DNA of 64,000 nt from Candidatus Levybacteria bacterium CG2_30_37_29 (GCA_001873215.1 MNYS01000006.1:56839-120838); one strand, 5' to 3'; counted from the stretch's first letter, positions 9,791 to 19,400 are shown. A program made the numbers and translations. Notes: generated from the sequence alone by a model not told the origin.

Positions 9791-10528
9791 ATGAATCCTG
9801 AAAAACCAGCTACACAGCTTTATAGAACTGTTAAGCCTGATTATAATTCGTTTGACCAAACTTGCGTGCCCAGGATGTATCTTAAAACAGTCGGTGCGGA
9901 CGATGTGCCTGGACCATCAGTTGTTGAAGAATTTGGTTTGGATGAGACAAAACGATTGATTTTAGGCGAACCACTTCCAAGAGACGGAGTATATAGGAAA
10001 CGACTGATTGATACATCAGAAGAAAGAAATGGAGAAACAATAGATTGGTATTTTATGTTAATGCCTCAAATTGACAGATCGGATATGGTTACATTAACAA
10101 GAATGTTAACCGGTTTGCCTGATAGATTAAAAATGTCTGCCGGCAAATCCTTATGGGAAAATCTACCTACTTGTGAGCTGGAAAAAGACGGAGACATAAC
10201 ATTTTCAAACAACAGTGTTGGATTGCGCCTTGATGGGGTAACTGTCAGTCAAACATACATAGATGAAATTGAAGGAGAAATTGAAGATGAAATTACAGAA
10301 GATGCAAGAGGAAAATCAACAGAGATAATTTTACCTATTGATACGCTTTTTCCTTCTGAAATTGCCGGTATGTTTGGAGATTACGAAATTGCAATAGGAA
10401 TTAGACTTGCAGGATTCGGCTCAGAAAGCATTTTAAAAAAAGCAGAGGAAATGTTGCAGGGGGGAAAATTTAAAGAAAGTGAATTGAGAAAATATCTAAA
10501 TCCATATCTTAAGTGTTATAAGTATTAG
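9791..10528 (+). CDS. hypothetical protein
   Basis: 245 aa acidic ORF. Confidence 0.7.
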   Translation: MNPEKPATQLYRTVKPDYNSFDQTCVPRMYLKTVGADDVPGPSVVEEFGLDETKRLILGEPLPRDGVYRKRLIDTSEERNGETIDWYFMLMPQIDRSDMVTLTRMLTGLPDRLKMSAGKSLWENLPTCELEKDGDITFSNNSVGLRLDGVTVSQTYIDEIEGEIEDEITEDARGKSTEIILPIDTLFPSEIAGMFGDYEIAIGIRLAGFGSESILKKAEEMLQGGKFKESELRKYLNPYLKCYKY

Positions 10529-10542
10529 ATATAATAAATAAA

Positions 10543-11355
10543 ATGACTGAATTTGTTGGGAAAAACCCCGATAGTATTGATACCCTTTCGCAGGATTCAA
10601 ATTTTTCTGCCGGTTTTGCGCTGGGTTTAACTGGTGAGCCATTTCCACTAAAGGCGGTAAAAAATGTACGCAGATCATGTATGACTCCGCAAGGAGTTCA
10701 GAATTACGAAAATGGATACATTACAGGCCTTGGTAAAAGAATAGATGATTTAAAAATAAAATTACCAATCATTGAAGTTAAAGAAGATTTATCTCATATT
10801 TTTGCCGAAGACGAGGGAATAAAAGGACTCAATATGGGACTTGCAAGAAGTATTCCTTCCTTTCCGGAATCAGAAACAAAGCAAAAGGTTAATACAGCCA
10901 AGGCACATTACACCGATGGGTACAAAGTCGGGTGGGCTATTGTTACTGCTTCAGAATACGGAAATCCTCCGATTCTTGATGAGATACCTCAAGACGATGA
11001 TGAGCATGCCATTTATGTAAAAGCTAGAAATGGAGATTTTAAAGATATTAATTATAGAGATGCGACTTTTGATGGTGAAATAAAAAAGGATAGAAACAGG
11101 ATAATTCTTCGCACGGGAATTTCCCATTGGCTTTTTGACAAACAGGTAAGTCTTGATCCTGAATTAATTGTTCATTTTCATCCTTTGGTTCGTCTTGGAT
11201 TTGCGTCTGCAATAAACAATACACGTCTTTCTGCAAAGGATTTAAAAAACGAATATGTGAGGCGGGGAGCAATCTTTGCGCGAAAAATATTGGAGATAAA
11301 AAGAACGCAGCAAAAAAACGGATTTCATAAAAAAACAGAAGGAGAAGTTGTATGA
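10543..11355 (+). CDS. hypothetical protein
   Basis: 270 aa ORF overlapping the era start by 4 nt. Confidence 0.7.
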   Translation: MTEFVGKNPDSIDTLSQDSNFSAGFALGLTGEPFPLKAVKNVRRSCMTPQGVQNYENGYITGLGKRIDDLKIKLPIIEVKEDLSHIFAEDEGIKGLNMGLARSIPSFPESETKQKVNTAKAHYTDGYKVGWAIVTASEYGNPPILDEIPQDDDEHAIYVKARNGDFKDINYRDATFDGEIKKDRNRIILRTGISHWLFDKQVSLDPELIVHFHPLVRLGFASAINNTRLSAKDLKNEYVRRGAIFARKILEIKRTQQKNGFHKKTEGEVV

Positions 11356-12200
11356 AAGTAGGCGTTGTAGCATTAATTGGAAGGCCGAATACCGGAAAAT
11401 CAACCTTGGTTAACAATCTTGTTGGACATAAAGTGGCAATTACTTCCCCAAAGCCACAGACAACACAATTTTCAATATATGCTGTTTATGAAGATGAAAA
11501 TGCCCAAATAGTTTTTGTAGATACTCCCGGAATTTTTGCCCGTTCGACTCGCTCCGCGCGCTCAGGGCAGGCCAATCTTGCTGCGTCCAAAGCTTTAAAA
11601 GAGGATGTGAATGTCGTCTTATATATTGTTGATCACACAAGACGCCGTGGCATTGAAGAAAATCGTGTCTTAGGAATTTTACGAAAAATTGATAAGCCAA
11701 AAATCTTGGTAATCAATAAAATTGATAAGAAAGAACCAAGCTATAGGGAAGAGTATAGATTTTTGGAAGACGAATTTGATTCTGTTGTGGAGGTGTCTGC
11801 AATAAAACCGTTGAATCTCTCTCTTCTTGTTGCAAAAATTCTTGAGTTTTTGCCCGAGGGAGAAAAACAAATAGTCCGTGAAGATATGGCAACACCGGCG
11901 CTCAACCTTAGTTCGAACCTTTATATTGAAGAGAATATCCGTGAGAAAGCGTTTCTTGTTTTGCGAGACGAGCTTCCGTACAAGCTTCGAGTGGTAGTTG
12001 ATGAAGTAAAAAAAAGAAATAAATCAAAAATATTTTACATTAAAGCAAGAATTATTGTTGCCGACAAGCGTTATAAAAAAATGGTAATTGGCGCAGGGGG
12101 GCAAAGGATAAAAGTTATAGGAAGTATGGCGCGACGCGAGTTGGAGGTTGCAACCGGACAGAAAATTTATCTTGATTTGACAGTTGAGGTGGAGGAATAA
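11352..12200 (+). CDS. era: GTPase Era
   Basis: GRPNTGKST, DTPG, NKID motifs and KH domain VIGAGGQRIK. Confidence 0.97.
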   Translation: MKVGVVALIGRPNTGKSTLVNNLVGHKVAITSPKPQTTQFSIYAVYEDENAQIVFVDTPGIFARSTRSARSGQANLAASKALKEDVNVVLYIVDHTRRRGIEENRVLGILRKIDKPKILVINKIDKKEPSYREEYRFLEDEFDSVVEVSAIKPLNLSLLVAKILEFLPEGEKQIVREDMATPALNLSSNLYIEENIREKAFLVLRDELPYKLRVVVDEVKKRNKSKIFYIKARIIVADKRYKKMVIGAGGQRIKVIGSMARRELEVATGQKIYLDLTVEVEE

Positions 12201-12521
12201 ATGATAAGTGAAACAGGGCAGTTTTTAGGAAGACGAATGCAGGAGCCGCGTCCGGTGGATTCTACAGTCGTAAAACAAGCAATCCGCGAAAATATAAGAA
12301 AGCTTGATTATTTTCCCAAAATGGAAATGATAGTGGATGATAAAGGAACAGTGGAAGACAAATGGGGAGTAGAAATCGCATGGACTAGAAGCAATCCGGA
12401 ATTAACGCATCCTGATACAGGATTTATTCTTACGTGGAACGGATTATATGAAGAAGAAGTTGCAAGATGCGATTATAATCATTCAAGTAAATTAAGTATA
12501 CACTGGATTTTAGAACGCTAG
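12201..12521 (+). CDS. hypothetical protein
   Basis: 106 aa ORF abutting the era stop. Confidence 0.55.
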   Translation: MISETGQFLGRRMQEPRPVDSTVVKQAIRENIRKLDYFPKMEMIVDDKGTVEDKWGVEIAWTRSNPELTHPDTGFILTWNGLYEEEVARCDYNHSSKLSIHWILER

Positions 12522-12780
12522 TTGAGGCGGCAGACGAAAAATACAGCATTTATGCAAGAAAAGCTATGGTGGAGATTAGCGATTTATTGTTCAAGCAACA
12601 CAATGTCAAAGCTTTTCAAATACCCCAAAGTTAGTTAAATGTGTTTGAGGAGGTCTGTCAAGTCTGTCAAGGTCCGTCCTTGATTAGAGGATTTGGGTTT
12701 ATTAGTGAGCTAAACTGAAAATTAAAGGTGCGGTTCTTGCATTAAAAAGTTAACGAGTTAACGGGTTAATAGATTTGGAG

Positions 12781-13254
12781 TTATGGGGTTGGAGGTTTTT
12801 GGCTGTTACTGCGAAGGGCATTTTCTATGGTTTCTATAAATTCATTAGGTACATATGGTTTTCGTATGATTTGAAGTACTCCCATAGCCAGTAATTGAGT
12901 TGCTTCATCTTGAGTCATTCCTCCCGTCATAACGACAACAGGTACCAGAGTCTCATCCATCACTTCTTTTACGCTAGTTCTATCTTTTCTTTGAAAATCG
13001 GTAACAATTAGTTCTGGTCTGTCGTTTCTCTCCGTTTCTTCAAAATATTCAAGGAGCTCACTTCTACTATTAAAGGTAGAAACCTTCGTAAATCTGGATC
13101 TTTTTAACACTTCTTCATGTATCCTACGTAGCCCCGGGTCAAAACCTTCCACAACCCAAACTCTTTTATCAGAGACATCAATTTTTTCACTTTTTGCCGC
13201 GTTATGAGTTTCGGGTGGTGAAACTTTCTGAAATAATTCTCGTTCGTGAGTCAT
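12781..13254 (-). CDS. stand-alone response regulator receiver domain protein
   Basis: RVWVVE, PELIVTD (phospho-Asp position), VVVMTG and IRKPY receiver motifs. Confidence 0.75.
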   Translation of the reverse strand: MTHERELFQKVSPPETHNAAKSEKIDVSDKRVWVVEGFDPGLRRIHEEVLKRSRFTKVSTFNSRSELLEYFEETERNDRPELIVTDFQRKDRTSVKEVMDETLVPVVVMTGGMTQDEATQLLAMGVLQIIRKPYVPNEFIETIENALRSNSQKPPTP

Positions 13255-13338
13255 AAGTAAATATTATATAATCACTTTTGTGCGATTGCAATAAACAGAA
13301 AATATGTCCGGAACGAAGAATAAAGGAAGAATTGTGTT

Positions 13339-14688
13339 TTAGGTTTGACTATTTTTTTTGTGGCGTGCTTCCCAATCCCTGACTTGTTGAACACTAGGTG
13401 CTTTATACGTAAGTCTCTTCCCGTGCGTAGGACAGCTTGCTGCAACAAAGTGTTTATATCCTCCATTACCATCTTCAACGGTAAATTCTTTATATGAAAG
13501 TTTTGCCGGAAAACGGATATGTTCATCTTTACATTCAAAACACACATGTGCTGTGGGATGGGAAAAACCCGGTTCAAGCACAGCTTTTCTGACAGCCTCT
13601 TCTTCAATAGTTCCCATGCGAGATTTATAGGGCCCTTTGTTTTGCTCCCTTTTATATTGATGTTGTATTTGTCTTGAGGATTCGCCTTCTCCGACAAGAG
13701 CCGTGAATGAATCATGAAATGAAGATGTTCCGGTTTCATGTGCGCATTCCTTATCTCCGCAATGTTGTAAAATATCTTGACGTATATTTTTCTCTCTTCC
13801 TGAAATTCTAATTTTTGTACCACATGTAAATGTAATATCCCTGTCCAGTCCATTTAGAAGATCATATTTAAATCTTCTATAATCTTTGACCATCCGACTC
13901 AAAATTCTCGAATCATCGATTTCTTCAACATCAGGATTATCTTCCCGCAAAGCTCTGTTGCCTTCTTCCAAAAAAGCTAAATAATTTTTATGTTCATCAA
14001 TGGTTTCATCATTATCGATTTTTGCCCTACATTCTTCAACAATATCATTAGCCAATTTACCATCCTGTTCTGCTTCTTTTGGAATTCTGGCTTCCCAAAT
14101 CATTGGATTTTTGCTTGATCTTCCCGGCAGGACATTTACCTTAACAAAACCGGCCTCGACAAGCTTTTCCTTCCTTAATTCAACATTTCTGTCGTTTCCG
14201 CCTTCCTCATAACCAAATATGGCCCCGCATTTTTCCTCACCTATTCTTGCCTTATTCTTGTCTCTTTTAGGATCTTGTCTATTTAGAAGATCTCTATATA
14301 GACTAAATAGTCCTTCCGGAATTTTGTCCAGATCAATAGGGTGGTTGCTGACAAAAAAAATCGCTGCATATTTTCTTTCTCCCGGTTGATTTAGGTCAAA
14401 AAGATGTGCAATTTTCTTCAAGTTATCTCTTTCAAGGGAAGCGCCTACCGTAGGGTTACTTAAATCCACGACAAGAAATTCTCCATTTTTACCCTTGCCG
14501 GGAATTTGTTGCATAAGATGACGGGTGAAAAGCTCTTCCGGTATGTGCGGAAAAATAGTTGGGAAAAGTTCAATAGGGGAAGCGGGTCCTTTAGATTGCG
14601 GTTGTATTTCCTTTGCTGACATTCCTAAACTTTGTAGTGGTTTTTCGTCGTTCCCAAATTCTCCAATGGGCTCTCCTATTTCTGTCAT
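13339..14688 (-). CDS. hypothetical protein with C-terminal Cys/His (putative Zn-binding) motifs
   Basis: 449 aa; CGDKECAH, CFECKDEH, CPTHG. Confidence 0.7.
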   Translation of the reverse strand: MTEIGEPIGEFGNDEKPLQSLGMSAKEIQPQSKGPASPIELFPTIFPHIPEELFTRHLMQQIPGKGKNGEFLVVDLSNPTVGASLERDNLKKIAHLFDLNQPGERKYAAIFFVSNHPIDLDKIPEGLFSLYRDLLNRQDPKRDKNKARIGEEKCGAIFGYEEGGNDRNVELRKEKLVEAGFVKVNVLPGRSSKNPMIWEARIPKEAEQDGKLANDIVEECRAKIDNDETIDEHKNYLAFLEEGNRALREDNPDVEEIDDSRILSRMVKDYRRFKYDLLNGLDRDITFTCGTKIRISGREKNIRQDILQHCGDKECAHETGTSSFHDSFTALVGEGESSRQIQHQYKREQNKGPYKSRMGTIEEEAVRKAVLEPGFSHPTAHVCFECKDEHIRFPAKLSYKEFTVEDGNGGYKHFVAASCPTHGKRLTYKAPSVQQVRDWEARHKKNSQT

Positions 14689-14787
14689 AGTGAATATATT
14701 TTACCATAGCATGGATAGAGAGTGGTTGTTTTTTTCTTGCGTCTTTTAAAAAAGACGCCCAAAACTTCTTGTGAATGAAGCCGGACT

Positions 14788-14875
14788 ATTTTTGTTCGTT
14801 CACTTGTCGGGTGATTTCACCCCTTCCTCGATCCTTCGGACGAGGAATCCCCCTGACGCGTTCACTCACAAAAAC
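14788..14875. repeat. REP-like nested palindrome
   Basis: TTCCTCG-ATCCTTCGGA-CGAGGAA hairpin flanked by two CGTTCACT copies. Confidence 0.5.
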
Positions 14876-14949
14876 TTTACGTCCTAATGCTTCAATCGCA
14901 AGGAGAAAATATGCTGTGAAATGGTGAATTTTTGCAAGATTTTTCCAAG

Positions 14950-15016
14950 AAAAAACCGCCCTTTGGCAAAACCCGTGTGACGTTGAGGTCACAGGAAATC
15001 GTTTGGGGCGGTTTTT
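14950..15016 (-). terminator. terminator-like compound hairpin closing the GC-rich operon
   Basis: AAAAACCGCCC...GGGCGGTTTTT arms with inner GTGAC/GTCAC stem; U-tract on the minus strand. Confidence 0.65.
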
Positions 15017-15072
15017 CAACCAAGGGTCACGGTGACATGAGCTTCTCCTTGCGAAGAGTGGTGGTGCCAGAG

Positions 15073-15399
15073 CTAGTCAGGAACGCCAAGACAGAGCTTG
15101 AAGTCCATTCTGGTTATTTCGAGCCTGATCCGCTCTGCGAGTTGTCGTAGATAGAACTGGTCGAGGTCAGTCGTCAGCACGACGGCGTATTCGAAAGGAC
15201 CTGCGACGGTCGTAGTCACTTCGGCGGTTTTTCCCATCATCGCACGGATTTCGTGTGCGACGGTGTTAGCCGTTCCCTTCGTGACTTCGAAGATGGCGTA
15301 TCCTCTCACCAAAGATCTCTTCGATCGGGCTTCGAGCTTCTGTGGAAGACTTCGTCGGTCCACCCGGTGTACACGAGGATTACCTCGTTTCGAATCCAT
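15073..15399 (-). CDS. small protein, Lrp/AsnC ligand-binding (RAM)-like domain
   Basis: GYAIFEV...TVAGPFEYAVVL pattern resembles the AsnC C-terminal domain; start uncertain. Confidence 0.5.
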   Translation of the reverse strand: MDSKRGNPRVHRVDRRSLPQKLEARSKRSLVRGYAIFEVTKGTANTVAHEIRAMMGKTAEVTTTVAGPFEYAVVLTTDLDQFYLRQLAERIRLEITRMDFKLCLGVPD

Positions 15400-15421
15400 C
15401 TGGCGAGCCTTTTGATGCTCT

Positions 15422-15667
15422 TCATTTTAACTTCCGAACGGGCTCGGTCCATCGCTCGATACAATTTCGCGCGGCTTTGTCTTCATCGCGTGCGAAATCA
15501 AGATCTGCGAGGATCTGGTTGACGGTGGCGTGATCGCCCGATGCGTCCGCGAGCACAGATGCTTCTCGTAGCTTGTACTCGAGATCGGCAACGTTCTGTC
15601 GCGCTTCGGCAAGAGCTGTGAGAGCCGAGTAGGCTTCCTCCATTGCGAATGCTACCTGTAGCATCAT
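15422..15667 (-). CDS. small helical protein (81 aa)
   Basis: AGGAGAGG upstream of ATGATG; coiled-coil-like. Confidence 0.6.
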   Translation of the reverse strand: MMLQVAFAMEEAYSALTALAEARQNVADLEYKLREASVLADASGDHATVNQILADLDFARDEDKAARNCIERWTEPVRKLK

Positions 15668-15683
15668 TCGGGATATACCTCTC

Positions 15684-15905
15684 CTAGTGTTCGATTGACC
15701 TGACGGATGTCTGTCCGGCAAGCTTGTCTATGAAGCTCTGAATCCTGGTGTCATCACCTGTTAGAGTAATGGTTGCCACCGTAGGACCAAAGCTTTTTCT
15801 CTGGATTCTAACCCCATCCGGGATGTGTTTGTTGACCCAGCTTGCCACGCGGGTTTGGACGAAGGAGGTGTAATGCACCTTGACTTTCGTTGTCTTGGTA
15901 AACAC
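15684..15905 (-). CDS. small protein, ACT/ferredoxin-like fold suspected
   Basis: AGGAGG 4 nt before GTG; alternating strand/helix pattern ending ITLTGDDTRIQSFIDKL. Confidence 0.6.
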   Translation of the reverse strand: MFTKTTKVKVHYTSFVQTRVASWVNKHIPDGVRIQRKSFGPTVATITLTGDDTRIQSFIDKLAGQTSVRSIEH

Positions 15906-15913
15906 CTTTCCTC

Positions 15914-16054
15914 CTACTTGCCGCTGCCGAATGTTTGGCTGTTACCGATCTTAACGCCGTTTGGCTTGCGCCTTGGTTTTGTCGGCGGTTCGACCTTGAC
16001 TCCAGGGATTCCTGGTTTTGTCGTTCGTACGAACCTTGATGGATTATTTGCCAC
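15914..16054 (-). CDS. basic Pro/Lys-rich microprotein (46 aa)
   Basis: AGGAGAGG before GTG; fills the gap in a tight co-oriented array. Confidence 0.5.
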   Translation of the reverse strand: MANNPSRFVRTTKPGIPGVKVEPPTKPRRKPNGVKIGNSQTFGSGK

Positions 16055-16080
16055 GGAATTGTCCCTCTCCTGCCCGTTTG

Positions 16081-16248
16081 CTATGTGGGATCTGCGTAGA
16101 AGCGAGATGTGACTGCCGGTTGAGAGAAGGTACACCTCCCCCAAGTGCACTTAACAAAGAGCGTCTTACCATTTTGGAGCTGGACGATCGTGTTAAGCCT
16201 CTTGCACTTTGGGCAAATGGTTTTTTTCCTTTTATCTCTCTTGGCCAC
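16081..16248 (-). CDS. zinc-ribbon microprotein
   Basis: GGAGG before GTG; CPKC...FVKCTWGRC resembles the topoisomerase C4 zinc ribbon. Confidence 0.6.
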   Translation of the reverse strand: MAKRDKRKKTICPKCKRLNTIVQLQNGKTLFVKCTWGRCTFSQPAVTSRFYADPT

Positions 16249-16263
16249 CGTGTTTCCCTCCAT

Positions 16264-16497
16264 TCAGACGGTAAGCGTAAGGATCCGTTCGACGGCAAGC
16301 ATGATGCTGCCGATGAAGCTTAAAGCTGCTCCCGCAATAAACGTTATAGCGAGATTCTCGATGACCCAAGGCTCCCAAGAAGGAGATCCTCGAATTGAGA
16401 CGAATCGTTTCAACGAATAAAAAGTAAGAGCTGTAAGTCCCACAAAAGCTCCTCCAATCGTTGAACCCCAAAGTCCCAATATGAATACGACGTGCAC
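16264..16497 (-). CDS. two-TM microprotein
   Basis: GGGAGG before GTG; two hydrophobic segments. Confidence 0.6.
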   Translation of the reverse strand: MHVVFILGLWGSTIGGAFVGLTALTFYSLKRFVSIRGSPSWEPWVIENLAITFIAGAALSFIGSIMLAVERILTLTV

Positions 16498-16507
16498 GAG
16501 TCCCTCC

Positions 16508-16690
16508 CTAATGGTGGTTTTTGTGATAGTGTCCGAGAGTGAGCAGTCCGATGAAGACGGTTCCGATGACGACGCCGGTTATGGCCCGATAGTCAGTGTG
16601 TACTCCATTTTTGTAGGCGTTGTCGATGAGGACAGCGCCGCACAGAAGTGTTAGTACGATAATGGTTCCAAGCCTGTCAAAATAATCCAA
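16508..16690 (-). CDS. two-TM microprotein with His-rich tail
   Basis: GGAGGGAG before TTG; ends GHYHKNHH. Confidence 0.55.
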   Translation of the reverse strand: MDYFDRLGTIIVLTLLCGAVLIDNAYKNGVHTDYRAITGVVIGTVFIGLLTLGHYHKNHH

Positions 16691-16699
16691 GTCTCCCTC

Positions 16700-16958
16700 C
16701 CTGCGGGGTTGAAAGGTGGTCGTTGACGAGATGCATTGGCTTCCCTTGCCAATCTGACTGTTGATGAATTCATGTCTAAAACACGCGGATTCGCAAATAT
16801 GCAAATTGTCATCTGCTGTCCACGCGTGTGTGACCCAAGTTGTCAAAGAACAAAGCCAAATCCCAAAGCAGGGAAGTGGTCTTGCAAATTGACACAATCC
16901 CTAAAGACGGATTTGGCGATATAGATGCGATTATAGCACTTTATTAACAAGGAATCAA
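16700..16958 (-). promoter_or_regulatory. sigma70-type promoter plus structured leader with boxA-like element
   Basis: TTGATT(16953-58)-17 nt-TATAAT(16930-35) with extended TG; stems 16855-63/16909-17, 16781-87/16823-29, 16735-40/16748-53; GTTCTTTGACAAC at 16839-51. Confidence 0.6.
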
Positions 16959-17162
16959 AAAGACTATAAGATTGTATTTGAGGCTATTGGATCCCAGCTT
17001 CGAACATTATATAGCCTATAGATATTTACTATACACACCCGAGTTCAAGTATCTTTAATAGCTCATAGTGATTTATTACATTTGCAGAGGCTTATAGAGG
17101 TTAGTTGTGTTAAGTAAATCTATCCTCTTGTCAAAACAATCAATGAACGATACTATAAATAT

Positions 17163-18041
17163 ATGTCGGATTATAAATTCGTTAACATTCCGAGTCTTGA
17201 GAATTGGGTGATACTCGCGCCAAAGCGCTCAAAAAGACCGGATATTCATGAAAAGAAAAAAAAGCTTTGCCCGTTTTGTGTGGGTAACGAGAAAAAAGAT
17301 CCTGACGTTTATAGAATAGGAGGCGAGGGGTTGGATCAAAACTGGTCTGTACGCGTCGTAAAAAATAAATATCCGTTTGCTCCTATTCACGAAGTAATTA
17401 TTCATTCCCCACAGCACATAGAGCACTTGACAGATCTTCCTCTTTCCCAGATACAGCTTGTTATTGAGGCATTTGTTAATAGATTCAACGCTCACATAAA
17501 AGAAGGAACCGTAATTATTTTTGGGAATTCGGGACATGATGCAGGGGAAAGTATCGGTCACACGCATTCACAGCTTGCAGTTGTTCCAAGGGATGTGCCC
17601 GTTGTCGTACCGCGACTTGAGGAAATTCTTGATTATACAGGAGAGCATTTTATGGTAAAAGACTTCAAGCTTATTTGTCCGCCTTATTCTCAGTGGCCTG
17701 ATGAAGTTTGGATAATACCTACGGCTCGCGGAAAAATTTTTAGTGAAATCACTTTTGAAGAGATAGAAAGTCTTTCTTATGTGCTAAAACATCTGCTTCG
17801 TATTCTTGCTGCACGTCACGGCCACGAATTCCCGTATAACTTTTACATTTACCCTTATCGTGACTGGTACTTGCGAATTATGCCGCGTGCAAAAATCGCC
17901 GGTGGATTTGAGATGGCAACGGGGATTTTCGTAAATACGCAGGATCCGCGTGACACAATGAAATTTATAAAACAGCACTTTTTTGAGGAAGACGAAGAGA
18001 AAATTAAGATAAACAAAGCGGAGTATAGAAAAGGAGTGTAG
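17163..18041 (+). CDS. galT: galactose-1-phosphate uridylyltransferase-like HIT protein
   Basis: RSKRP, CPFCVGNE, NKYP, HEVIIHSP, HTHSQ, GGFEMATG. Confidence 0.85.
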   Translation: MSDYKFVNIPSLENWVILAPKRSKRPDIHEKKKKLCPFCVGNEKKDPDVYRIGGEGLDQNWSVRVVKNKYPFAPIHEVIIHSPQHIEHLTDLPLSQIQLVIEAFVNRFNAHIKEGTVIIFGNSGHDAGESIGHTHSQLAVVPRDVPVVVPRLEEILDYTGEHFMVKDFKLICPPYSQWPDEVWIIPTARGKIFSEITFEEIESLSYVLKHLLRILAARHGHEFPYNFYIYPYRDWYLRIMPRAKIAGGFEMATGIFVNTQDPRDTMKFIKQHFFEEDEEKIKINKAEYRKGV

Positions 18042-18042
18042 G

Positions 18043-19026
18043 TTAGAGTTTGACCTGATTTGAATTTAAAAGTGTTTGAGCAGGAGTTGGTTTTGGGACA
18101 GGAATAGCTCGTATTTCTTCTACGTCTTTTTCGCTTTCATAAAAAGCATTTGATATTTTTTCCAACTCTTCAGCCGCTTGTAAAGCCCCACGAGCCGCTT
18201 TCAGGGTTATTCCAATAAGTGTTGCTTGTTTTATTGCTTCTTGTTCAAGAAGATCTTTTTGTTCTTTTACAAGTTCAGCGTTTTTTTCTTCAATTGCTTT
18301 TTTGAGTGCTTCTTCACGCCTTGTTAACGATTTTTGAGCTGCGTCTGACGCTTCTTTCGAAAGTTCTTCCAGTGAATTTTTTATTCCTTGAGATACGTCT
18401 TGCGCGTCCTTTATTTTGTCCTCCAACTCACTATTTATACTATCCCGGATTTCATTCTCCATAATATTTTGCGGAAGTGAGTCTTCTACTTCTACTTTTG
18501 CTTTTTTCACAGTGGCCTGTGTCAATTCAATCCGTAGTTTTAATTCTCCATCTGCTTGTTTTTCAAGACCTTTCAAAATATCCCGTTCTGTTTTGATCTT
18601 TTCATTTATTTGTTGGGATAGTAGTGAAACATCTTTCCCTTTTTGCTCTGCATCAGTCAGCGCGGTTGCTGCTTTTTGTGTTTCTGATGCCAATTCGGAA
18701 AGTGCAATATTTATACCCTTTTGATTATTTTTTAGAAGTTCTGCCTTTAATTCTGCAAGTCTTTCACCGGCAATATCTGCTCTAAGCTTTGCCTTGTCTT
18801 CCGGTGAAAAGGCTAGTAAAAGACGTACTTGCTGTTTTAATTTATCGACGAAATAAAAAGGGCTGTCTGGAAGAATAAGTCCAGGGCCGGAAGAGATAGA
18901 AGGAAAATTCAACTCTGATGCTTGTGTTGATGCTCCTAGGACTCGGTTTCTATGGCGTGCCAAGACTGACTGTGTAGCTGAAAAAAGCAAAACCAGAGCA
19001 AGAAAAACAGGTATAATTCTTTTCAC
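18043..19026 (-). CDS. DUF5667-like exported coiled-coil protein
   Basis: Signal peptide from GTG 19026; GLILPDSPFYFVDKLKQ...ERLAE signature, long helical tail. Confidence 0.78.
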   Translation of the reverse strand: MKRIIPVFLALVLLFSATQSVLARHRNRVLGASTQASELNFPSISSGPGLILPDSPFYFVDKLKQQVRLLLAFSPEDKAKLRADIAGERLAELKAELLKNNQKGINIALSELASETQKAATALTDAEQKGKDVSLLSQQINEKIKTERDILKGLEKQADGELKLRIELTQATVKKAKVEVEDSLPQNIMENEIRDSINSELEDKIKDAQDVSQGIKNSLEELSKEASDAAQKSLTRREEALKKAIEEKNAELVKEQKDLLEQEAIKQATLIGITLKAARGALQAAEELEKISNAFYESEKDVEEIRAIPVPKPTPAQTLLNSNQVKL

Positions 19027-19122
19027 GCTTATAGCGTAATACAGTTTGTTTGTAAATGTCAAGCTGGTAGCGTATCCGGTAATTGCACGATGTATATTCT
19101 TTATGTATAATCCTTGGTTAAT

Positions 19123-19392
19123 ATGAAAGAAAAGCTGGATGATAATAAGTATACGATAAGAAGAAGTAATAGAACTGTAGAAACAAAAATACATGGTTGT
19201 GAGGCAAATTTTTTCAGACTTGGAGCAAGAATTAATCGTGGCGTAGAGGAAATGGCAGCTTCACTTTGGAAAATGAATTGTGAAGGATGTAATGTTTCAT
19301 CGGTTTTTGAAACAGGAACAAATACCAAGCTAACAAGCGAGCTTGGGGGAATGAGAGATTCAGATTGTCAAAAAAATCAGCCTCTAATCTAA
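19123..19392 (+). CDS. small Cys-containing hypothetical protein
   Basis: ORF fills the gap up to the rplA end; C...CEGC...C. Confidence 0.4.
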   Translation: MKEKLDDNKYTIRRSNRTVETKIHGCEANFFRLGARINRGVEEMAASLWKMNCEGCNVSSVFETGTNTKLTSELGGMRDSDCQKNQPLI

Positions 19393-19400
19393 AGCCCTTT

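Noticed and set aside
16743-16752. Fourth CCCTTGCCAA copy
   Set aside because: Only 10 nt, lacks the following A-run and GC segment, and is part of a local hairpin
14786-16924. Prophage or IS; plus-strand ORFs in the GC-rich island
   Set aside because: No integrase, transposase or structural genes and no terminal repeats; the minus-strand ORFs tile the region with SD sites while the plus-strand ORFs do not
19027-19194. Extended N-terminus of the DUF5667-like ORF
   Set aside because: The signal peptide starts at GTG 19026; the extension overlaps a divergent ORF
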